Assembly (NCBI GenBank): GCA_024278375.1
Contig: JAJRTH010000093.1
Span: 1 to 62,906 of the forward strand
Direction of reading: 5' to 3'
Source of the DNA: an archaeon
GTDB lineage: Archaea > Thermoplasmatota > Thermoplasmata > WALJ01
Length of the DNA stretch: 62,906 bases
Positions within the stretch are counted from its first letter, which is position 1. Each line of letters begins with the position of its first letter. The position numbers and the translations under genes were made by a program. Positions 56,658-62,906 of this stretch are shown here, piece by piece. The notes beneath the pieces are model-generated. The model had not been told where the DNA came from. It worked only from the letters and a program-made list of their open reading frames with translations, and did no database searches.

Positions 56658-57346
56658 AGTCTCTTTGAAGTGCTGACTCCGCCTGTGGTTTTACCTTCCA
56701 TCCGGTCTGCTCTAAGGGTATATTCCCTGGCCTCTCTCTCATGATACTTCACTTTCTCGAGAAGTTCAGCGGCCTTTTCCCGGTAGCCAAGGGCCTTTTC
56801 TCTCAAATCCGCTGCCTTTGCCTTGTGTGCCTCGGCTTTTGAAAGGAGTTTTGTCCTCTTTGCCTCGTATTTTGCAGCCTTGGCCTCGAGCCTGTTGGCC
56901 TTGGAACCTTCCTCTATTTTAGCCTCCTCCGCCAATTCCTGGGACTTCTCAAGGGCCTCCTCCGCTTTTTCCTCGAGTTTTTTGGCCTTTTCCTCGTGTT
57001 TCACCGCTTTGGCTATAAGCGACTTCGCCTTGGCCTCGTATTTTCTGTTCTTCGCCCTGTACTTCGACGCCTTCTTCGTGGCAATGGCGGCGAGCTTCCT
57101 CATCTTGGCCACATCCCGCGTCTCCTGGATTATGAATTTTTCCTGATGTGCCTCCTCCAGCGTCTTCTTTTCCTCATACAGGGGCTTCCTGTCCTCTTCG
57201 GCGGATCTTTCAGGAACCACATCCTCATCGAGTATGGAGGAGACATCCTCATCCTCAACAAAATCATCCTCTCCACCTATTTTCTCATCTTCGAGTCTCT
57301 TTAATCTCGCAGAATCCTTTTTTATGACCATGAAATCACCGGGCAT
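56654..57346 (-). CDS. Lys/Glu/Ala-rich coiled-coil protein, unknown function
   Basis: 230-aa ORF with long 'KAKxLxEKAxE' repeats. Met-6 (57331) is an alternative start. TAG stop. Confidence 0.45.
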   Translation of the reverse strand: MPGDFMVIKKDSARLKRLEDEKIGGEDDFVEDEDVSSILDEDVVPERSAEEDRKPLYEEKKTLEEAHQEKFIIQETRDVAKMRKLAAIATKKASKYRAKNRKYEAKAKSLIAKAVKHEEKAKKLEEKAEEALEKSQELAEEAKIEEGSKANRLEAKAAKYEAKRTKLLSKAEAHKAKAADLREKALGYREKAAELLEKVKYHEREAREYTLRADRMEGKTTGGVSTSKRL

Positions 57347-57363
57347 ACATAGACATCATAGAT

Positions 57364-58086
57364 TTAAGCCTTTTTATTGTACAGGCACATCTCTTTAAGC
57401 GGACATCCCCTGCAATCCGGTCTTTTCCTGCAATGTCTCTTACCCAGTTCAACGAGGAGCGCATGATATTCGTTGTATGGCTCATGGTCCTCGGGCATAC
57501 CGTTCTCGAAGAGTTCCTGTACGGCATCGTAATCTCTCTTTTCGATTAAACCGAGCCTCTCAAAAATACGGAAAGTGTAGGCATCCACCACGAACTTCGG
57601 TTTTTTGGCCGCATAGAGTATTATCGAATCCGCAGTTTCCTTTCCGATGCCTTTCACCGAAAGAAGAGCCTTTCTCAGGTTTTCCGTGTCGAGGGAAAAC
57701 AGGCTCTCCAAGTTGCCGTAGTTCTCAAGAACAAAGCACGAAAAATCCTTCAACCGCATGGATTTCTGCCGGAAATAGCCAGAAGATCGTATGATTTTCT
57801 GCAGAATCTCAATATCAATCTCCGCAATCGCCTTCAGGTCCAGAAGACTCTCTTCCATGAGGGCAAAAAGCGCCTTTTCCACATTTTTCCATGAACTCTG
57901 CTGTGTCAGTATTGCTCCGAAGGCAATCTCTATTCTCTGAGTTTCGGTCCGGGGGTATGAAAAATCATCCGGATGATATCCCTGACCACCATCTGAATAT
58001 ACTGGCCACCATCCCTGAGGTCCGAAGGAGGAGCGCAGTTTTTCGTATATGTAGATTACTGGGTTGATTCTATTGCTATCCTGCAT
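57364..58086 (-). CDS. HhH-GPD superfamily DNA glycosylase (endonuclease III-related)
   Basis: 240-aa ORF. 'LLSVKGIGKETADSIILY' HhH motif and a C-terminal 'CRKRPDCRGCPLKEMC' Fe-S loop. Overlaps the L10e 3' end by 31 nt. Confidence 0.7.
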   Translation of the reverse strand: MQDSNRINPVIYIYEKLRSSFGPQGWWPVYSDGGQGYHPDDFSYPRTETQRIEIAFGAILTQQSSWKNVEKALFALMEESLLDLKAIAEIDIEILQKIIRSSGYFRQKSMRLKDFSCFVLENYGNLESLFSLDTENLRKALLSVKGIGKETADSIILYAAKKPKFVVDAYTFRIFERLGLIEKRDYDAVQELFENGMPEDHEPYNEYHALLVELGKRHCRKRPDCRGCPLKEMCLYNKKA

Positions 58087-58562
58087 GGTGTCGGCATCTT
58101 CATGGATGCTTTTTTGAGAGCCTTCTTCGCAGATTCCACACTCTCCCTGTTCACGAAGACGGAAACCACCTTCTGGCCCGGCTTCACCCTTGCGGCAGTG
58201 CCTATCGGAGAACCGAAGGACCTCCTCATTCCCTGAGAAACCCTATCTGCTCCGGCCCCAGTGGCCTGCTTGTTCTCTCTGAGCACATGATGCGGATATA
58301 TCCTTATCTTCATCCGGTAATTGGCACTCCCGACATTTTTGTTCAGGAATCGGTTGGCGGATATACGGGCTGCTTCCAGGGCAGTATGTCTGATCTGGCA
58401 TGCCTCTTCCACTATAAGGGAAACCTCAACCTGAAAGTCGGCCGACAGATTGCCCAGGTCAAACTGGGTTATCCTGGGATTGGGTATTCCACCCATGTAT
58501 TCTTTTCTCGTATATGCAGGACCGGATATCTTTGTGTACATTCTACCGGGTTTTCGGGCCAA
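58056..58562 (-). CDS. rpl10e: 50S ribosomal protein L10e (uL16)
   Basis: 168-aa ORF with N-terminus 'MARKPGRMYTKISGPAYTRKEYMGGIP'. Confidence 0.9.
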   Translation of the reverse strand: MARKPGRMYTKISGPAYTRKEYMGGIPNPRITQFDLGNLSADFQVEVSLIVEEACQIRHTALEAARISANRFLNKNVGSANYRMKIRIYPHHVLRENKQATGAGADRVSQGMRRSFGSPIGTAARVKPGQKVVSVFVNRESVESAKKALKKASMKMPTPCRIAIESTQ

Positions 58563-58833
58563 TAAATCACCTCAGCCCTCCCCCATCTACGAACCCTATT
58601 TATACGTTTTGTTTCGGCATACGGTTTTTTCGATGCAAATAGCAGACACCAATGATATGATAATTAAGGAACGGATGTAAGGTGTCGGGACGAGTGAAAT
58701 TCCGCAGGAATTTCACGAGTTAGACTCTTTTCACGGAAAGAGTAATAGACATACGCATGTGGCCGAAAGGAGCAAGCGGGTATCGGGAGGAGCAAAACAC
58801 CGGGTATTTTGTGATTATGTCTTTTTACACAGT

Positions 58834-58866
58834 AAAAAACCTGTGGGCGCCTGCACTTGAGCAGGC
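58834..58866 (-). terminator. hairpin plus T6 run downstream of tRNA-Gly
   Basis: On the minus strand, GCCTGC-TCAAGT-GCAGGC (58849-58866) is followed by TTTTTT (58834-58839). Confidence 0.4.
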
Positions 58867-58872
58867 CGAAAG

Positions 58873-58946
58873 TGCGGGTGCCGGGATTTGAACCCGGGTT
58901 AGAAGCTTGGCAAGCTCCAGTGATAACCAGACTACACTACACCCGC
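58873..58946 (-). tRNA. tRNA-Gly (anticodon GCC)
   Basis: 74-nt cloverleaf folded by hand. Acceptor stem GCGGGTG/CACCCGC. Anticodon stem GGAGC/GCTTC with loop TTGCCAA. T-arm CCGGG-TTCAAAT-CCCGG. Discriminator A. No encoded CCA and no intron. Confidence 0.85.
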
Positions 58947-58998
58947 ATCTGGCCTGAGGGCATAAAAGAAAGGGGTTTAAAAGACTTTCTTACAGGCA

Positions 58999-59541
58999 TC
59001 ATCTGGGACCCATCTCTATTTCTCCTCTTCTGAGCTTTTTTGCCTCAGTCAGGCTCAAAACCTCCTTCCGCGCCTTTTTTGAGAGAATGGCGCTGTTCCC
59101 GTATGGGTCTTCAATAATCACGGTGAATCGCACGGAGCCCTTCCTTGCCTCATCGATTTTCTTTATTCTTTTTCTGACCTCTTCCTCGTTTTCATACTCC
59201 AATCCCTGGAGGACCTCCCTAACCCTCATAAGGACACCTTCTATGTTGTAAACAAAAGATTCCGACGCGGGTCCGGGCTCTATGGTTATTCCCAGTTCAG
59301 GTATTCTGATGGTTCCAGAGGTGGAGCGCACGATACGCGCATCGATATCTTCCCTGCATTCCACCTCCATAATGTATCTCACCGGCTCATTCTGTTCAAG
59401 CAGGATTATATCCGCCCGCTTGAATCCGCATTCCGGGCACTTTATCGTGGTTTCCATGGCCTCCCCGAGCATGGGTATGTCGAGTACCGCCACGATGCTT
59501 TCGAGGGGATGAGAGCCACAGGCCGGACATTCCTGCGGCAC
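58999..59541 (-). CDS. ZPR1-type zinc-finger protein
   Basis: 180-aa ORF. 'CPACG...CPECG' followed by the ZPR1 beta-rich domain ('IVRSTSGTIRIPELGI'). Confidence 0.7.
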   Translation of the reverse strand: MPQECPACGSHPLESIVAVLDIPMLGEAMETTIKCPECGFKRADIILLEQNEPVRYIMEVECREDIDARIVRSTSGTIRIPELGITIEPGPASESFVYNIEGVLMRVREVLQGLEYENEEEVRKRIKKIDEARKGSVRFTVIIEDPYGNSAILSKKARKEVLSLTEAKKLRRGEIEMGPR

Positions 59542-59742
59542 CTTTGTTTCGGTGACCTTCTTTATTATGGGTGACTACGATTCCATATCCGGAGATAGGT
59601 GCAGCGGATATAACTCATTCGCCAAGGCGAATATAATCAGAATATTTTTATATTTTTAAACTTGCCAGAGATAATAGAAAAATATAAATATTATAAAGCC
59701 TATTGCTGGATGGAGAAATCATTCTGCAAAGGAGGAAAAGGT

Positions 59743-59964
59743 ATGGTCATGGAAGAAATAAACGTGGAAACCGCAAAGAAAATATGCAGTGAAAAGGGAT
59801 TGAAACCAGCTAAGGTAAAGGGAACAATGGGGATACAGTTCACGAAGGGAAATAATCCGAGGCTCGAGGTAATTGACTGGGACGAGTTTGAGAAACTTCT
59901 GAAAGAGCGCGGTCTTGCAATATACGAGAGCAACGGCTGGATGAAGATCATGAAGAAGAAATAA
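59743..59964 (+). CDS. small protein starting with the VMEEINVE motif
   Basis: Start moved to the ATG with SD 'GGAGG' 7 nt upstream. 73 aa: 'MVMEEINVETAKKICSEKGLKPAKVKGTMGIQFTKGNNPRLEVIDWDEFEKLLKERGLAIYESNGWMKIMKKK'. Confidence 0.5.
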   Translation: MVMEEINVETAKKICSEKGLKPAKVKGTMGIQFTKGNNPRLEVIDWDEFEKLLKERGLAIYESNGWMKIMKKK

Positions 59965-60033
59965 ACCTATTAACTAATTTTATATTTTTTCTATAAAAGA
60001 AAGGTTTTTAATCCATGGTGCGATGGTGTGCGG

Positions 60034-61677
60034 ATGCCGACCATAAATTTCAGCAAAAACGACCTTCTAGACCTCCTCGGAGGGCGCGACGATTTCCCGG
60101 ATATCCTGCCCCTTACAGGCATCCAGATAGAGGCAATCGAAGAGGATGACATGGCGGTTGAGATCGAAGCCAACAGACCCGACATGTTCTCAGTGGAAGG
60201 GATAGCCAGGTATCTGAAGGGATTTCTCGGCATAGAGAAGGGATTTGTCGAATATCCTGTTGTCGAAGGCGACTTCACTGTCTATGTGGACAGAACTGTG
60301 GAAAAAGTGAGGCCGTATATAGGCGCTGCCCACATATCCGGGATACGGATGGATGATCGTCTCATAAAGAGCCTCATGGATCTCCAGGAGAAGCTCCATG
60401 CCACCGTCGGGCGGAAGAGAAAGAAACTGGCCATAGGCGTCCATGATTCGGCGAGAATCGGAAGGGAGATAATATATAAGGCGGTACGACCAGAAGAAAT
60501 CAGCTTCGTGCCACTCGCAAAGGAAGAAGAGATGAACCTGAGGGAAATCCTCGAAAAGCACGAAAAAGGCAGGGAATACGCCCATCTTCTGGAAGGAAAA
60601 GAGAGGTGGCCTATATTGATGGACTCGGAGGAGAACGTACTTTCTTTCCCACCTGTCATCAACGGCCAGCTGACAGCCTTGAACAAAGAAACAAACGAGA
60701 TATTCATAGACATGACGGGCACCGACCTGAAAGTCATAAAGTCGGCCCTAGCGATATTCTGTGCGGCTCTTGCCGACAGGGGCGGGCGAATAGAGAGCGC
60801 TCTGCTGAGATATCCGGATATGGAACTCGAGATGCCCGATATGGTCGGCGAGGAGATGGACGTTTCACTGGATTATGTTTCCACCCTTATAGGGGTGAAA
60901 ATCCCCGAGAACGACGCCATCGAACTGCTAGAAAAGGCCAGATTCTCGGCAGAGGTCTTGGATAGGGCCATACGGGTGAGAATTCCGCCTTACAGAGTGG
61001 ATGTGTTGCACCCGGTCGATATCGCCGAGGAAATAGCTATCGCCCACGGCTATCGAAACCTCGCCCCAGAACTCCCGAAAAGTGTAACGTTCGGCAGGAG
61101 ATTGGAAGAGCACAGACTGAAAGAGGCGTTTAAGGAGAGCCTCATCGGCCTGGGCTTCAACGAGATAGTGACCCTCACGCTAACCAACAACGGAGATCAG
61201 TTTGAAAAGATGGGAATCCGTGAGGGAGAGGCGGTCAGAATAAGAAATCCGATAACGGAATTTCACACATCGGTCAGAAGGTGGCTGCTCCCGTCGATAA
61301 TGTCGACGCTCTCGAAGAACCGGCACAGGGACCTGCCCCAGAGGATATTTGAATTGGGAGCCGTGGTTTACGACGACGGAAAAAACAGAACCCATCTGGC
61401 AGGTGCGGTCATGGATGACAGGGCCTCGTTCACCTTGATAAAGTCGGTAGTGGAGCGCATCATGGAAGACACGGGCAACAAACTCACTGTCTCGGAAAAA
61501 GAGCACCCTTCATTTATAGATGGCAGATGCGCTTCAATAATTGTCGAGGACAGGGAAGCGGGATTCTTCGGCGAAGTATCTCCACGAATTCTGGCAAATT
61601 TCGAACTCGAGCATCCGGTATCCGCGTTCGAGATTTTTTTCGATGCCATCGGACCACGAAACCACTTTCTGGGATAA
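60034..61677 (+). CDS. pheT: phenylalanine--tRNA ligase beta subunit
   Basis: About 547-aa archaeal PheT layout (B3/4 and B5 domains; 'MPTINFSKNDLLDLLG' N-terminus). Confidence 0.9.
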   Translation: MPTINFSKNDLLDLLGGRDDFPDILPLTGIQIEAIEEDDMAVEIEANRPDMFSVEGIARYLKGFLGIEKGFVEYPVVEGDFTVYVDRTVEKVRPYIGAAHISGIRMDDRLIKSLMDLQEKLHATVGRKRKKLAIGVHDSARIGREIIYKAVRPEEISFVPLAKEEEMNLREILEKHEKGREYAHLLEGKERWPILMDSEENVLSFPPVINGQLTALNKETNEIFIDMTGTDLKVIKSALAIFCAALADRGGRIESALLRYPDMELEMPDMVGEEMDVSLDYVSTLIGVKIPENDAIELLEKARFSAEVLDRAIRVRIPPYRVDVLHPVDIAEEIAIAHGYRNLAPELPKSVTFGRRLEEHRLKEAFKESLIGLGFNEIVTLTLTNNGDQFEKMGIREGEAVRIRNPITEFHTSVRRWLLPSIMSTLSKNRHRDLPQRIFELGAVVYDDGKNRTHLAGAVMDDRASFTLIKSVVERIMEDTGNKLTVSEKEHPSFIDGRCASIIVEDREAGFFGEVSPRILANFELEHPVSAFEIFFDAIGPRNHFLG

Positions 61678-61708
61678 GATTATTATTGTATGATGTTATC
61701 CTGGACCG

Positions 61709-62716
61709 ATGGCCATCGTTTATCATCCGGAATATGCCACCCATATCCAGTTCAGACATCATCCGGAATCACCCGAAAGACTCGAGTACATAATGAGGAA
61801 AATCGCCGGCCTGAAACTATCTCAGGAGATAACGACACCGGAGCCAGCCACCGAGGAAGACATCCTCACGGTGCACACAGAGAAATATCTGAATTTCATA
61901 AAGAACTTCGGCACCGGATATCTTGATGGCGACACTTACATAAGGGAGGGGACCTACGAAGTCGCACTTCTTGCTGTCGGGGGCGCAATAAGCGGTGTAA
62001 GCGAAAGTTTTTTCGGGAACAAACCGGTATTTTCCATTGTCAGGCCACCGGGGCACCACGCCGGACCGGACCACGGAGGAGGGTTCTGCTATTTCAACAA
62101 TGCCGCCATCGGTGCGAAGAGAGCGCTCAAGATGTCGGAGAGGGTGGCGATATTGGACATAGATGCCCACCACGGTAACGGCACGCAGGAGATATTCTAC
62201 GAGAGTCCGGAGATACTCTATATCTCACTACACGAGTGGGGGATATTCCCGGGTACGGGGTTCCACACTGAGGTCGGTGCAGGCAGAGGGAAGGGATATA
62301 CCGTGAACATACCACTTCCGGCCCGCAGCGGAGATTCGACATATGAGGAGGCATTCAACACCATAGTCATGCCGATTCTGGAGCAGTTTATGCCCAACAT
62401 AGTGGTTGTAAGCATCGGTGTGGATGCACATTACAAGGACATAATGACCGGCCTGGATCTGTCCAGCGCAGGTTATCTGTCCATAGCCAGGAAACTCCTG
62501 GAATTCTCGGAGGAATATTGTAACAGAAGGCTCGTTTACGTGCTCGAAGGCGGATATAACGGACTCGCCCTATCGGAGGTTGTGGGGGGTGTGATTTCCA
62601 TGTTCGAGGGGAAGGACATACCTCTTCAGTACGAGGATGTCCGCGATACAAGCATAAAGGGTAAAGAATATATAGAAAAATCTAAAAAAATTCTTTCGAA
62701 ATACTGGAAATTATGA
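61709..62716 (+). CDS. histone deacetylase/acetoin utilization (AcuC) family deacetylase
   Basis: 'RPPGHHA', 'FCYFNN' and 'DIDAHHGNGTQEIF' zinc/active-site motifs. Confidence 0.85.
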   Translation: MAIVYHPEYATHIQFRHHPESPERLEYIMRKIAGLKLSQEITTPEPATEEDILTVHTEKYLNFIKNFGTGYLDGDTYIREGTYEVALLAVGGAISGVSESFFGNKPVFSIVRPPGHHAGPDHGGGFCYFNNAAIGAKRALKMSERVAILDIDAHHGNGTQEIFYESPEILYISLHEWGIFPGTGFHTEVGAGRGKGYTVNIPLPARSGDSTYEEAFNTIVMPILEQFMPNIVVVSIGVDAHYKDIMTGLDLSSAGYLSIARKLLEFSEEYCNRRLVYVLEGGYNGLALSEVVGGVISMFEGKDIPLQYEDVRDTSIKGKEYIEKSKKILSKYWKL

Positions 62717-62830
62717 TTTTTTAATATTTTTCATATCTTATCGCATAAAACCACCTTTTCCCCTCTGTTTTTCGGGTCTAAAAGCGAAAAGTTTAAAAAC
62801 CCCCTTGTAATAGGGGTGGCGGTGACAAAA

Positions 62831-62906
62831 ATGATCATCAAGAAGTCCGAAGTCAAAGCACTGGTCGGGGACGAGTACAGAATCTCCCAGGATTTCTATG
62901 ACAGGC
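62831..62906 (+). CDS. partial CDS (5' end only), unknown function
   Basis: ATG preceded by 'GGTGGCGGTGA'. 'MIIKKSEVKALVGDEYRISQDFYDR...' runs off the window. Confidence 0.3.
   Translation, partial: MIIKKSEVKALVGDEYRISQDFYDR

Noticed and set aside
58740-58800. An SRP (7S) RNA gene, suggested by 'GGCCGAAAGGAGCAAGC', which resembles the GNRA-capped helix 8 motif.
   Set aside because: The surrounding 300 nt are AT-rich. They lack the long GC-rich 5'/3' pairing and the Alu-domain features expected of an archaeal 7S RNA. Only one short motif matches.

Overview
This is an archaeal (euryarchaeote-type) chromosomal window. It is densely coded, with about 85 CDS and one tRNA-Gly(GCC). I found no rRNA, CRISPR array, transposase or integrase.

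The backbone is core housekeeping:
- the exosome/proteasome superoperon psmA-SBDS-rrp4-rrp41-rrp42-L37ae-rpoP-pcc1-pfdB (40.2-45.0 kb)
- information-processing and division genes: csl4, radA, RFC large subunit, endA, ftsZ, L10e, pheT, taw1
- metabolism: pyrBI, glyA, folD, folP-like, gcvT, psd-pssA, uppS, mtaD

Accessory material sits in visibly AT-richer islets:
- a type II restriction-modification pair (24.2-25.8 kb)
- several zinc-ribbon or membrane proteins of unknown function
- a secreted LTD-PLD-PKD protein
- a coiled-coil/bactofilin/zinc-ribbon protein
- a secreted protein carrying 8 copies of the octapeptide VMEEINVE

The main signal concerns the amber codon. At least 18 genes appear to terminate normally at TAG. 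However, three reading frames continue straight through a single in-frame TAG with conserved or clearly coding sequence on both sides: radA at 30949-30951, taw1 at 7917-7919, and a roughly 500-aa coiled-coil gene at 27773-27775. That pattern suggests conditional amber decoding (a pyrrolysine-like or suppressor-tRNA system encoded elsewhere in the genome). The alternative is three independent nonsense lesions in 63 kb, including one in radA.

A second oddity is a 25-nt exact repeat. It sits 6 nt after the TAG stop of two unrelated membrane-protein genes, in the same reading register, with the two copies in inverted orientation 10.3 kb apart.

CDS coordinates include the stop codon, as in the supplied ORF track. 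Some starts were moved to internal or alternative start codons where Shine-Dalgarno (SD) or TATA context and family N-termini supported it. All family calls come from motif recognition by eye; no searches were run.
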